Positions 40,767-51,635 of a stretch of 64,000 nt of DNA are shown here, piece by piece. The notes under the pieces were generated by a model, which saw only the letters and a list, made by a program, of their open reading frames with translations, searched no databases and was not told where the DNA came from. The position numbers were made by a program, and so were the translations under genes. Within the stretch, counting starts at the first letter, position 1. Each line of letters begins with the position of its first letter. Origin of the DNA: an uncultured Planctomycetaceae bacterium (GTDB lineage: Bacteria > Planctomycetota > Planctomycetia > Isosphaerales > Isosphaeraceae). The stretch covers positions 2,528,001-2,592,000 of the forward strand of contig CAWIAD010000001.1 of NCBI GenBank assembly GCA_963833985.1. The letters run 5' to 3'.

Positions 40767-42302
40767 TCAGCGGCCGCCACCCGGGCCGACGTTCTCCGCG
40801 TCGTCTTCGTGTCCGGCCGCGTTCTTGCCGCCGATGAGCAAGGGCAGGGGACGGCCGCCCTCGGGGGGGATGACCAGGAGCGGTAGCCCACGCTGCGGGT
40901 CGAAGCGGCGGACGGCGGTCTCGAACTCCGGCATGACGCTCACCGGGATCCGGCCCACGCCGAGGATGCGCGTGCCTGCCCGCAGGCCGGCCTGGGCGGC
41001 GGGGCTCTCGGGGACCACCTTGTCCACCTCGATGCCCGTTCTCCCCTCGGCGCCGGCGATTTCCCGCACATGGAAGCCGAGGAACGCCGCCTCGGGCGAG
41101 TCCGGCAGCTCGCTGATCTTCACGGTCACGGACTGCTCTTTCCCCTCGCGTACGAAGACCAGGGGAACCTGGGCCCCCACATCGAGCCCGGCGGTGAGGA
41201 TGCGCAGCTCGGCGGGGTCGGCGACCGCGTGGTCAGCCAGCTTGACGATCACGTCCCCCGGCTTCAGTCCGCCGACCGCGGCAGGGCTGCCGGGCTGGAC
41301 CCGCGAGATCAAGGCCCCGCGCGCCTCGGGCAAACGGAGCTTCCGCGCCACCTCGGCGTCGAGCGGGCCAATGACGACTCCCAGGTAGCCCCGGACGACC
41401 TTGCCATTCTTGATCAGCCCGTCCACCACGCGCTTCGCCAGCGACGACGGAATGGCCAGGCCGATACCTTCGTAGCCGCCGGTCCGCGTGATGATCGCCG
41501 TATTGATTCCCACAACCTTGCCGGCCAGGTTGATGAGCGGACCGCCCGAGTTACCCGGGTTGATCGCCGCGTCGGTCTGGATAAATGATTCGTATTCGGC
41601 AATCTTCAGATCATTGCGCTCCGTGGCCGACACGATCCCCGCGGTCACCGAGTGGTCGAAGCCGAGCGGACTGCCGATCGCCAGCACCCAGTCGCCGATG
41701 TCGAGCTGGTCCGAATCGCCCCACTCGGCCTGCACCTTCAGCGGCGCCCGGACCTGAAGCACGGCCAGGTCACTCTTGGGGTCGGCCCCGACCAGCCGCG
41801 CCGGGACATCGTCGCGCTGCCCCAGCCGCACGACGATCCGTTCCGCCTCCTTCACCACGTGGTAGTTGGTCACCACGTAGCCGCGATTCTTGTCAATGAT
41901 CACACCGGAACCCAGCTCGCCCCCCTGGAACCCGGGGCCTCCCGGGTTGCCTCCCAGCGGCAGGCCCGGTACGCCCTCCGCCCGCCGGCGCTCGTGCTGA
42001 GCCTGGACATTGACCACGGCCGGCGAGACCGCCGTGACCGCCAGGCGAAAAAGCGTCGAAGTCTGTGCGACCACGCCTGCCTTCTCCAGCTTCGCGAGTG
42101 CCTCGGTGGCAGCCCTGGCCCGGCCTGCCTCCCATGAGTAGCCGGTCCGCTCGGCCACGAACGGCACCCCATACACGACCAGCCATGCCATGGCCAGCAG
42201 GAAAAGGATCACCAAAAACCCGCGCCGTACCGGTGGAGTGGCCGGCCGAGGCGGCGGATCGTCGAATCCGAAACCATGATCCTGCGGATTGAACGACGCC
42301 AT
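40767..42302 (-). CDS. HtrA/DegP-family serine protease with two PDZ domains
   Basis: N-terminal TM, GSGVI..TNYHV, SDLAVL, QTDAAINPGNSGGPL, RGYLGV. Confidence 0.95.
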   Translation of the reverse strand: MASFNPQDHGFGFDDPPPRPATPPVRRGFLVILFLLAMAWLVVYGVPFVAERTGYSWEAGRARAATEALAKLEKAGVVAQTSTLFRLAVTAVSPAVVNVQAQHERRRAEGVPGLPLGGNPGGPGFQGGELGSGVIIDKNRGYVVTNYHVVKEAERIVVRLGQRDDVPARLVGADPKSDLAVLQVRAPLKVQAEWGDSDQLDIGDWVLAIGSPLGFDHSVTAGIVSATERNDLKIAEYESFIQTDAAINPGNSGGPLINLAGKVVGINTAIITRTGGYEGIGLAIPSSLAKRVVDGLIKNGKVVRGYLGVVIGPLDAEVARKLRLPEARGALISRVQPGSPAAVGGLKPGDVIVKLADHAVADPAELRILTAGLDVGAQVPLVFVREGKEQSVTVKISELPDSPEAAFLGFHVREIAGAEGRTGIEVDKVVPESPAAQAGLRAGTRILGVGRIPVSVMPEFETAVRRFDPQRGLPLLVIPPEGGRPLPLLIGGKNAAGHEDDAENVGPGGGR

Positions 42303-42689
42303 CAGCGGGGCTCTCCAGCGGTGCTTCTCAGGGAGGGTGCGTCGCGCTCGCGGAATCCATCCGGGCCATGACTGATACGCGGACGGGCCAGGGCGGGACG
42401 GTCGGCTGCCAGGTTGAATGCGTGCGCGGAACGGTGGGACAGTCTGACGGCTCAACACGCCCGGCCGGGCCTGGACGCAGAACCGGTGTTCCGAACCGAG
42501 ACCCGCTCCTGCATCAGCCTTTGCAAGCTGCGTCGAACCGGCGGCCCATGGCCACAGGGTATTGTGGACCGCGGCCATGCCGAAATCAACCGACGATCAT
42601 CGAGCGCACGTCACGCCGCGGCCGTGCGCCGGCGGTTCGGACTGGAATCCTCACGCATGACAGGTCTCCAAGTGAGGCGTCGCTCCACC

Positions 42690-43180
42690 CGGACACATAC
42701 ATTCGGGGGCTCGCACACTTGCTTCGCGAGGCACTCCAGGAGCGCGGGCCGAACCTGCTGGTGCTCGACGGCCTGGAACGGTTGCAGCGCGAGCAAGGAC
42801 ACAGCGCCTGTGGGTTCGGGCAGATCGAGGACCCGCTGCTGCGCGGACTTCTCGTGCGGATCGCCGAGGGCGCCGGCCAGACCTTCGCACTGGTCACCAG
42901 CCGGTTCCCGCTCACGGACCTCCAGTCAATGCACGACCGAGGATACCGCACACTGGACATCGAGGGATTGAGTCCGACGGCGTCCGTAGAACTGCTTCGC
43001 CGGCACGGCGTGCGCGGTGACGATGGCGCGCTTGGGCGGCTGGTCCAGGCGTACGGGCGCACGCGCGCTCTCGCTCGATCACCTGGGTTCGCTGATCGGT
43101 CAGTTCCTGGACGGCGATCCGGCACGCGGGCCCGAAGCACCACGGTTCGCCGCGCCGTCACAAGATCGCCAGATCCTGCG
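42690..43180 (+). pseudogene. fragment of a STAND/NB-ARC-like NTPase
   Basis: Walker B LLVLDGLERLQ, sensor-1 LVTSRF, IEGLS..SVELLR, and ALSLDHLGSLI in the next frame. No Walker A, credible start or C-terminal repeats. Confidence 0.6.
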
Positions 43181-43455
43181 CCATCCCGCCTGCGCCCCCG
43201 TCCCCCCGGTACGACCCGGGCTTTCGTCGCATCGGCCGCGCGTGCCACGGTCGCTTGCGCCGGCAAAACACCTGCCTGCTGTCACGCTTCAGCGCGCAGG
43301 CGACAAGCTCCTGAAGCCAGGCCTGATCGACGAGCGAGTTCGCCTCTCCGGCGTTCTGTGCCATACTGAACTAGGGAACGCGCTCAGAATGCGCCGAAGG
43401 CGGGCCGATCGCGTTTATTTAGAGGTAACCCGGACCGAACCTCCCGAGTCCCCGA

Positions 43456-44838
43456 ATGCATGGAATCTTGAACGTCCGCCGCGGCAGTCTGTTTGGCTGC
43501 GGAATTGCTCTGGCTCTCACTGTGGCCTGCGGCATGGCGGGCTGGTCGGGCCGGCTCTCGCCCTTGCTGGGAGCGACCGGTACGGCCCTGGCCACCGAGC
43601 CGGTGCGCCGGGTCGATCTGGAGGTGACGGTGACGGCAGCCGGGCGCGTGGACAGCTCGGAACGGACGATCATCGAATGCGAGCTCGAGGCGATGCTGGG
43701 GGCGTCTTGGGGCTCGTCCACCATCCTCAGCCTCGTGCCGGAAGGGACCATGGTTCGGAAGGGGGATGTGCTCTGTACGCTCGACGCCACGCACTACGAT
43801 GAGGCTTTGAGACTTCAGGAGATCCAGGTAAGCATGGTGCGGTCGGATCTCACCAAGGCGAGACTCGACCTCGAGGTCGCGAAGCTGGCGGTGGTGGAGT
43901 ACCGCAGGGGGCTCATGGAGCAGACGCTCACGGCACTCAAGGGTGGAATCGCTCTGCTGCGGGCCGACCACGAGCGGGCCGCAGATCGGCTCCAGTGGGC
44001 ACGCCGCATGTTGCAGAAGGGATATCTCTCGCGGGCTCAGGTGGCAACCGAGGCCTCGAACACCGACCACCTGGCACACAGCCTGAAGATGGGCGAGCTG
44101 GAGCTGACGGTGTTCGAGCGCTGGTCCGCGCCGAAGTACCTGAAAACCCTGGAAGCCGCGGTGCTCATGGCCGAGTCGATCTTCCGGTACCAATCCAGCC
44201 GCATGACACTCTCGGAGCAGCGCCTGCAATTCTTCAGGGAGCAGGTCGAGGCGTGCACCATCCGGGCCCCGCACGACGGCTTCCTGATCTACTACACCTA
44301 TCCCCAGTATCCCACCTATCGCATCCAGGAGGGGACCGTCGTGCTGCGGACGCAGAAACTGTTTTACCTTCCGGACCTGAACCACATGGAAGTGATTGCA
44401 CCCTTGCACGAGACGGTCGTCAATGACCTCCAGCCCGGGATCGAGGCCACGATCGAGGTGGAAGGCCTGCCTGGCAAGGTGCTCACAGGCCAGCTCAAGA
44501 CCATTCCCACGATGCCGAAAATGCTCTGGTACAGCGATTTGCGTTACTTCGATAGCACAGTCACGCTGCGCGAAGTTCCCTCGGGCCTGAAACCGGGCAT
44601 GACGGCCTCGGTGAAGTTTCTCGTGAAGAAGCCCGCCGCCCTGGTCATTCCCGTCGGGTCGCTCGCAATCTACCAGGGCAAGGAAGTGTGCTACGTCAAG
44701 CAGGGCAATGAACTCCAGCGGCGGGAAATCAAGCTGGGCCAGTCCACACCCACGCTCATCGAGGTCCTCTCGGGCGTCGAGGAGAACGAGCAGGTGGTAC
44801 TGCGACCGGACCGCAGCCTGGCCGACCTGAGCCTCTGA
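43456..44838 (+). CDS. HlyD/efflux periplasmic adaptor subunit
   Basis: VTAAGRVDS, LVPEGTMVRKGD, CTIRAPHDG, LKPGMTASV, EVLSGVEENEQV. Confidence 0.9.
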   Translation: MHGILNVRRGSLFGCGIALALTVACGMAGWSGRLSPLLGATGTALATEPVRRVDLEVTVTAAGRVDSSERTIIECELEAMLGASWGSSTILSLVPEGTMVRKGDVLCTLDATHYDEALRLQEIQVSMVRSDLTKARLDLEVAKLAVVEYRRGLMEQTLTALKGGIALLRADHERAADRLQWARRMLQKGYLSRAQVATEASNTDHLAHSLKMGELELTVFERWSAPKYLKTLEAAVLMAESIFRYQSSRMTLSEQRLQFFREQVEACTIRAPHDGFLIYYTYPQYPTYRIQEGTVVLRTQKLFYLPDLNHMEVIAPLHETVVNDLQPGIEATIEVEGLPGKVLTGQLKTIPTMPKMLWYSDLRYFDSTVTLREVPSGLKPGMTASVKFLVKKPAALVIPVGSLAIYQGKEVCYVKQGNELQRREIKLGQSTPTLIEVLSGVEENEQVVLRPDRSLADLSL

Positions 44839-44958
44839 CCGTCGCACTGCTGCGATGGCGGTGGGCGGCTTCGGCCAGTGCCCCGCTCAAGTCGCCTGGC
44901 CAGCGCGCCTGCGAGGCACTAAACTGACTTCCCCGCGGCCGCACCCCAGTCAACCAGG

Positions 44959-46518
44959 ATGGAGCAGGCGCGGCCCCTTGCAAGGCTCGACCGGATGGAC
45001 CCCTGGAGCTTGCTCATGCATCGTTTCCCCATTGCACACCAGAAGTCGCTGGCGGTAGCCTCGGCGCTCGTCGCAATGTTCCTCGCCGCGAACCTTGCGA
45101 CCGCATCCCGCAGCCCGGTCGTCTGGCAAGACGAGGTCATGTTCGCCGACCCGGCGGTGAACCTGTACCTCGGCCACGGGTTCACCACCTCCGCCTGGTT
45201 CCAGAGCCGCGACACGCTCTTCGCGGGGAACAGCCCGCTCTATTCGCTCTCCCTCTACCCCTGGTTGCGGACGTTCGGATTCAGTGTGGTGGCCGTGCGG
45301 GCCTGGAATTACGTGCTCGTACTGGCCGCGGTGGGAGCCTGTGTCCTGGGTCTTTACCGGCTCGGCCTGGTACGCACGGCAGCGCCGGCTCTGGCGTTCG
45401 CGGGGCTCGTGCTGTGCGGCGATGGCGTCAGTTACTCCTACCGCTCGGGGCGGTACGACTGCCTGGGCATGCTGCTGGTGTCCGGGCTCTTCGTGCTGCT
45501 CACCTTCCGCCCCGGCCGCGCACGGATGGCGGGCCTTTTGCTGGTTTCCCTGCTCGTCCCCTGGGCCGGGCTCCAGTTGCTCGCGTACCTTGCCGTGCTT
45601 GGCCTGGCGCTCGTGTGGATCCGCGGCCGCAGCGCGCTGGCCGACCTCTTTCCCGCGGGCCTGGGGCTGTGCGCGGGTCTTGCCAGCCTGATTGTTTTCT
45701 TTCGATTTCAGGGCGTCTGGCACGAATTCGCCGGCTCGGTGGCGATCCTCGCCGGCACAGGACGGCCGATCGCCCAGCGAGCCGCCTCCGCGCTGCTCGC
45801 GCCGCTCACCGAGCCCAGCAGCATCCTCGTCCTCGCGGCCCTGGGGCTACTGGCGCTCAATTCGTTCCGGCGCGGAGATTTTCAATGGAGATCTCCGCTC
45901 GCCTTCGGCCTGGCGGCCGGGCTGCTCATCCCCGGCTTCCTCGCCTGCGCCGGGAAGTACGCACGCTATTATTGCTGGATGGCGTACATTCCGATGGCCG
46001 CGTGCGTTGCCGCCGAGTTTCAGAACGGCTGCGCGGGAGTCCTGCGCAAGGCGGCAATGGCTTTCCTGCTGCTGGCCTGTGCCGCCGGCCTGCCGGCGCG
46101 CCTGGCCGTGACCTGCCGGGAGTGGTCGCTACGGGATCCCGATCCCGTGGGCCAAATGGTCGCCCGCGAGGTCCGGCCCAGCGACTGGGTCTACACGGAA
46201 TACGAGGCGTACTACCCGGCCAAGAGGCTCGCTGCCCTGGTGTTCCTACCGCCCTACGCGGGGCTGGTGCCCGGCATGGAGGGCCGGCGGCCGGCCCTGA
46301 CCGCGTCCGAGCGCGACCGCGTGGACCTGCTGATCCTCAAACCGGCCACCGAGCAGGCGACCCTGCGCTTCTTCGGGGGCCGCTGGACGCTCGTGAGCCA
46401 GTACGCAGCCGACCACGGCAACGGAACGAATGTCAACAAGATGCTGGGTCGGGGCTCGCCACCCTATGAGATCCACATTTACCGCCGCCAGCCGAGCGCC
46501 GTCGCCCTGGCGCGGTGA
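44959..46518 (+). CDS. GT-C-type (family 39/ArnT-like) membrane glycosyltransferase
   Basis: First loop WQDEVMFADPAVN, PLY, SGRYD, about 11 TMs and a soluble C-terminus; start may be later (45016). Confidence 0.7.
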   Translation: MEQARPLARLDRMDPWSLLMHRFPIAHQKSLAVASALVAMFLAANLATASRSPVVWQDEVMFADPAVNLYLGHGFTTSAWFQSRDTLFAGNSPLYSLSLYPWLRTFGFSVVAVRAWNYVLVLAAVGACVLGLYRLGLVRTAAPALAFAGLVLCGDGVSYSYRSGRYDCLGMLLVSGLFVLLTFRPGRARMAGLLLVSLLVPWAGLQLLAYLAVLGLALVWIRGRSALADLFPAGLGLCAGLASLIVFFRFQGVWHEFAGSVAILAGTGRPIAQRAASALLAPLTEPSSILVLAALGLLALNSFRRGDFQWRSPLAFGLAAGLLIPGFLACAGKYARYYCWMAYIPMAACVAAEFQNGCAGVLRKAAMAFLLLACAAGLPARLAVTCREWSLRDPDPVGQMVAREVRPSDWVYTEYEAYYPAKRLAALVFLPPYAGLVPGMEGRRPALTASERDRVDLLILKPATEQATLRFFGGRWTLVSQYAADHGNGTNVNKMLGRGSPPYEIHIYRRQPSAVALAR

Positions 46519-46536
46519 GGGCCGATGATCGAGCGC

Positions 46537-47472
46537 TCATTCCGCGAAGAGCTGGAGCTTCGAGTAGATCACCAGTACGCACGACGCCACCCAGAGTGCC
46601 CCGGTGCCCAGCAAGATCCGATCACTCACCAGCAGCTTCTCCGGGGCTTCACCCTCGCCCTCGACGGTGACCAGCAGCAGGTAGCGCGACACGCCATACA
46701 TCACCAGCGGCACGGTGACGACCAGCGATGCATTGCCCCGGTGACCCGTGACCGTGTAAAGCGCATAACAGAGGATGGCCAGCGTGGCTGTCATGCCCAG
46801 CATGAGGTCGAGGTAGCTGATCCGGTACTTGGACAGCACCGGCCGTCGAAACGGTTCGGCCTCACCGATGAGGTGCATTTCCCCGCGCCGCTTGGCAAAA
46901 CCCAGGAAGAGCGCCAGGAAGAACATGCAGAGGACGATCCAGGAAGTCGGCTTCACCTGGATCGCGTACACTCCGTAGAGCACGCGGAGCACGAACCCAA
47001 AGGCGATGATCAGCACGTCGAGCAACACGGTGTGCTTGAGGCGGATCGAGTACGCCACGTTCGTCACCAGGTACAGCGAGAGCACCATGCAGCAGAGAGG
47101 TGCCAGCCAGACGGTCGTGCCGAGTGCCCCGCAGGCCAGCAGGGCCGCGGCCGCAAGCGCCCAGGAGACGGGAACGAGCCCCGAGGCGATCGGCCGGTGC
47201 TGCTTCGAGGGGTTGAGCCGGTCCAGTCCGCGATCCACCACGTCGTTGAGCAGGTAGACGGCCGAAGCCGCCAGGCAGAACCCGGCGAACGCCAGAATCG
47301 ACTCCAGTATCGCCCCCGGCTCGAACATGCGGCCGGAGAAGACCAGTCCGGCGAAGCAGGCCAGGTTCTTGATCCACTGCCGCGGCCGGGCGGCCTGCGC
47401 CAGCGGGATCAGACTGCGAATGCCGGCATGCGGCTTCGGAAGTACGGCAATGGCCGACAGGTTGGCATCCAT
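46537..47472 (-). CDS. UbiA-family decaprenyl-phosphate phosphoribosyltransferase-like protein
   Basis: RPRQWIKN, YLLNDVVD..DR..P.K..RPIASG, LKH..LDV..GFVLR, FAKRRGE, PEK. Confidence 0.88.
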   Translation of the reverse strand: MDANLSAIAVLPKPHAGIRSLIPLAQAARPRQWIKNLACFAGLVFSGRMFEPGAILESILAFAGFCLAASAVYLLNDVVDRGLDRLNPSKQHRPIASGLVPVSWALAAAALLACGALGTTVWLAPLCCMVLSLYLVTNVAYSIRLKHTVLLDVLIIAFGFVLRVLYGVYAIQVKPTSWIVLCMFFLALFLGFAKRRGEMHLIGEAEPFRRPVLSKYRISYLDLMLGMTATLAILCYALYTVTGHRGNASLVVTVPLVMYGVSRYLLLVTVEGEGEAPEKLLVSDRILLGTGALWVASCVLVIYSKLQLFAE

Positions 47473-47659
47473 GCCTCGGGCTCCCTGGTGAAGTCTGGCC
47501 ACCTTGCCGGTTCGGGCGGGCTCGCTCAGTGAAGCGCAATCACCGTCGGGCAAGGCGTCTCGTGCAATGGAACAGATCCACCGCGCAGTGCTCCTGACGG
47601 AACTATATCGCAGGGTCGGCTTCGCCACAACGCCAGCTCGCCGGTGTTGACGGCGACGG

Positions 47660-48702
47660 TCAGAAGATGGGGGCGTCGTTGAATGCGGCCTGGCGAATGA
47701 AATAGCGCTTCACGGGGGGCGACAAGAGGTACACGGAAAGCATGGCGTAAACGAATATGACGCCCAGGCCGGACTCGACCCTCGCGAAGTCGAGCCGATC
47801 GGTGATCGGTCTGATCTCCACGTCCTCGTCGTCCAGCGAGTCGGCATCGTCCTTCTTCTGGACGCGCTGCACCACGGCTTCCTGATCCGCGAAGGTGGCC
47901 TGGTAGATGGGCAGGGCAATGAGCGACATGGCGGCCACGAACACGCCCAGGGTGAGTGCCAGCATCAGGTACTTGACCGAGCGGCCGATGTAAAACTGGA
48001 ACGCGCCATAGACGCCGAAGGCGGAGACCAGTGCCAGGCAGAGCCAGCCGTACTGGCTGGTTCCGGGCTCGCCCCGAACTGATTGAATCGCCGCCAGCAG
48101 CAGCAGGACCACCGACACCAGACCGCAGAGCATGCCCGTGATGGCAATATGAATCGGCGGGCCGGATGGGCGGGGGGGCGGCGGTGGGATCAGGTCGTCG
48201 TCATCCAGGCCGACGCGCATGCCGGTGTCCTGGTCGACGCCGCAGGCCGAGCAGATCGACATCCCCACGGGGACAAAGCCCCCGCAACGAATGCAGCGCC
48301 GCGCCTGGGAACGGGCTTCCGCGCCGTCTTCTTTCGCCTGCGGGCGGATGCGTCGTCCTGGAACAGGGCTTCGGCGTCGCTCACTACCGGCTTCTGGCCG
48401 CTCACCATCGACTTCTCGATCGACTGAGCCGTCCCCATCGGCAAGTCGAACATCTCGCGCAGGTCTCGCTCGCCCACGGGCACCGGCAGGTCATCATGGC
48501 TCGGCGGCCGCTTGCCGAATTCTCGCGAAGACATGAGGTCGGCGTCGGCGGGCCCCGCCACCGTCGATTCGGAGCTTGCGTCCTTCTGGGAGATGACAAA
48601 CTTATGACCGCAACGGGGGCACTTCACCCGCTTCCCGGCCGCGATCGAGTCGGGCAGATTGAGGATGATGCCGCATTTCTGACAGAGCATGGTGCGAGGC
48701 AT
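47660..48702 (-). CDS. zinc-ribbon membrane protein; frameshift near 48325
   Basis: CQKC..CPRC in ORF 48190..48732; CIRC..CSAC and 4 TMs in the frame of ORF 47660..48268. Confidence 0.75.
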
Positions 48703-48983
48703 GATTCCGGTCGCCAGCAGTCTCGATTTCAATCTTATACGATCGCGGAGTCAAAGCGTGATTCGGCGGACCGCCTCTGGTTCGCAGTCGGCCCCGGTCC
48801 AGGGCAAGACGGTCGCTCCACGGTACTTCTACGATTGATACTTCGAGTCCGCAGCATCAGGCGGAAGAATTCGAAGAAAACGCATCATCTGGAATGGTAA
48901 GCCGGCGCTGGATGGGCTCGCCTGGCTTGCGCTATCGGAGAAGAACTCATGATATCATCCTGGGGTGCTCCTGTCACGGGTGT

Positions 48984-49436
48984 TCAGGCGAATTCGAGCA
49001 TTCGCCGGGTCGCCTCGTGACGGTATTCAAACATCTTCTCCAGCCTGGATTGCAAGAAGTGGCCAGCGAACAGTTCGCCCAGCTTTCCCATGGGCGGCTG
49101 GTATTCGACCTCGTCACGCAGCAGGGTCCCTCCCTGACCATCCTCCAGAAACCAATGCCGATGATACCAGTAGGCGAACGGACCGGAGACCTGGCGATCA
49201 GCGAACATCCGGCCAGGATCGTATTCAGTGTGTTCGGCCACCCAGCGCACCGGCAACAGTCCCACCCAGGTCTGGATCACCACCCGGCTGCCCGGCTGGA
49301 GCGAGCCTGGAGCCTCAATGACCTTGACGTTCTCCCAGGGCGGTGTCAGCTTCTCCAGGGCCCCTGGACTTTCATAAAAGGCAAACACAGCCGCCGGCGG
49401 CGCGGCGATCGACGATTCCTTGACAAAGTGCTGCAT
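48984..49436 (-). CDS. SRPBCC family protein
   Basis: VFAFY..LTPPW, F.DRQVSGPFAYWYHRH.F, LRDEVEY, FEYRH. Confidence 0.9.
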   Translation of the reverse strand: MQHFVKESSIAAPPAAVFAFYESPGALEKLTPPWENVKVIEAPGSLQPGSRVVIQTWVGLLPVRWVAEHTEYDPGRMFADRQVSGPFAYWYHRHWFLEDGQGGTLLRDEVEYQPPMGKLGELFAGHFLQSRLEKMFEYRHEATRRMLEFA

Positions 49437-49781
49437 CCGGCTCCGAATACCCCCCAGGAGTGAAAATGCTCTTGCGCACTCCCTCTTGCGGCTCCGTTGT
49501 CCTCTAGTATTCTTGTTGGGAATGGCACTGCTGTCAAACGCACTGGCGCACGATCCCGGCAGCGGTACGGCCGCATGCGGCCCGCACGCCGCGCAACTCT
49601 TTCAATCGCCGTGCCAACGCTTCAGCAACTCCTTGACCGACGGCGCACTTCGGGGTTAGCCTGAGTTCAGTGCTTGTTTCCGATAGCGAGCGGCATGCGC
49701 AGTTCCGGTCGGGAACCTCCCACCTTGCCCTCCGCACGAACCATCCCGAGTCCTGTTTCAGCGGTTGAGGAGTCTGACATC

Positions 49782-51311
49782 ATGAGAGAAAAAGCCACGG
49801 TAACCCGCCGCACCTTCCTGGAAACCGCTGGAGTGGCGACTGGCGCTGCCGTTGCCGCCGGCTCGTTTCCGCACCCCGTCCTGGGCAAGGTCAAAGGCGC
49901 CAACGAGCGGATCAACATCGCCATCCTCGGCCCCGGCGGACGGGCCCAGGAACACATCCGCATCCTCAACCATCTGAAAGACGAAACCAAGTCCATCGAC
50001 GTCATCGGCGTGTGCGACGTCTGGGACGGCGGCACCTGGATGGAAGGCGGCCGCCGGACTGGCCGGGGACTTTATTACTCGGCCCAGCGCTGCGGTCTGG
50101 ACCACCAGGGCAAGGACAAGGAGCGCGTCACCAAGGACTATCGCCGGCTACTCGAATGCAAGGATATCGACGCGGTCCTCATCGCCACGCCCGACCACTG
50201 GCACGCGCGGATGTCGATTGACGCCATGGAGGCGGGCAAGGACGTCTACTGCGAAAAGCCGATGACCCACACCATTGATGAGGCCCGCAAGGTGGCGGAA
50301 ACGGTCAAGAAGACCAAGCAGGTCTTCACCGTCGGTGTCCAGTCCACCGCCGACCCCCGCTGGAAGCTGGCCAACCAGATGATCACCGAGGGGAAGATCG
50401 GCCATGTCATGCAGGGCCAGACCTCGTACTACCGCAACAGCAACGAGGGGCAGTGGCGCTATTACCACCTCACGAAGGACATGACGCCCCAGACCGTGGA
50501 CTGGAAGATGTTCCTGGGCACCGAGTTCGGCCTGGCGCCGGAGATGCCGTTCAACCGCGCCAAGTACGCGCAGTGGCGGTGCTACTGGGAATTCGGCGGC
50601 GGCATGTACACAGACCTGTTCGTCCATCAGCTCACCCACCTGATCACCGCCATGGGCGTGCGTTTCCCGCGGCGGGTGGTCGGTGCCGGCGGACTCTACC
50701 TGGAGTATGACGGCCGCGACGTCCCCGACATGGCCACCGTCGTCGCCGACTACGACGAGGGCTGCCAGGTACTCATCTCCGCCACGATGTGCAACGACGT
50801 CCAGCTTCCCGAGGTCATCCGCGGCCACACCGCAACGGTGAAATTTGATCCGAACCCGCACGGCGGCTTCGCGGTGGTGCAGCAAAAGCTCGAAGGCCGC
50901 CCGGCCCCTCCCGGCACCAACCAGGGCGAAGGTGGTGACACCTTCAAGCCGCAGCAGCCGCGCGAAGACACCCGCGCCCTCTGGGAGCACTTCCTCGAAT
51001 GCACCCGCTCGCGTAACCCCGAGACCCTCTGTCCGGCCGACCTCGGCTACGCGGCCATCACCACCGTAAACATGGGCGTGAAGTCGTACCGCGAAGGCAA
51101 GGCCTTCTACTTTGACAAGGACAACGGCCAGGTCATCGAGGCCGACGGTGCCTGGGCGGCCCGCTGGGAAGAACGTAGCCATCTCCGCGGCAAACCCAAC
51201 CAGGTGCTCGGCTGGAAAGCCGGCGAGACAGGCTCGCTCCTTCAAGCACCCAGCTACCAGAAGCTCGAAGGCGACTGGATCGCCGGCAAGGACCCGGCCG
51301 AGAACGCCTGA
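49782..51311 (+). CDS. Tat-exported Gfo/Idh/MocA oxidoreductase
   Basis: TRRTFL twin-Arg signal, GANERI, IATPDHWH, DVYCEKPM. Confidence 0.93.
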   Translation: MREKATVTRRTFLETAGVATGAAVAAGSFPHPVLGKVKGANERINIAILGPGGRAQEHIRILNHLKDETKSIDVIGVCDVWDGGTWMEGGRRTGRGLYYSAQRCGLDHQGKDKERVTKDYRRLLECKDIDAVLIATPDHWHARMSIDAMEAGKDVYCEKPMTHTIDEARKVAETVKKTKQVFTVGVQSTADPRWKLANQMITEGKIGHVMQGQTSYYRNSNEGQWRYYHLTKDMTPQTVDWKMFLGTEFGLAPEMPFNRAKYAQWRCYWEFGGGMYTDLFVHQLTHLITAMGVRFPRRVVGAGGLYLEYDGRDVPDMATVVADYDEGCQVLISATMCNDVQLPEVIRGHTATVKFDPNPHGGFAVVQQKLEGRPAPPGTNQGEGGDTFKPQQPREDTRALWEHFLECTRSRNPETLCPADLGYAAITTVNMGVKSYREGKAFYFDKDNGQVIEADGAWAARWEERSHLRGKPNQVLGWKAGETGSLLQAPSYQKLEGDWIAGKDPAENA

Positions 51312-51497
51312 CGCTCCGCCGTTCCGCAACGATCCGTAACCGATCCGCCCTGCTGCCGCTCCCACGAGCTGCCGCCGGGCGGATCGTGCTTTTTTCCCTC
51401 CCACTGCTCCTGGCTGCGCTGCCAACCACGGTGATCACAGAAGACAAGATCCCGAGTCATCAGAGAAAAAGGCAACCACGCAGAATACAGAAGGCAT

Positions 51498-51526
51498 GAA
51501 CCACAGAGATCACAGAGACCACAGAG
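51498..51526 (+). repeat. inverted copy of the array core
   Basis: GAACCACAGAGATCACAGAGACCACAGAG matches the reverse complement of the unit-1 core at 26 of 29 positions. Confidence 0.85.
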
Positions 51527-51635
51527 AGAGAAGCAAGCAAAGCAAGGAAAGTCCATACAACGATTCGCCATCTCTTCCTCTGTGTGCTGGCCGGTCCGTT
51601 CTTCTTGTCTTGGTTTTTTCGGGTTCCCTCTCTGC

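Noticed and set aside
51341..51396. Intrinsic terminator after the plus-strand Gfo gene
   Set aside because: A GATCCGCCC/GGGCGGATC stem and a T run are present, but the loop is long. Plausible, but too weak to list as a feature.
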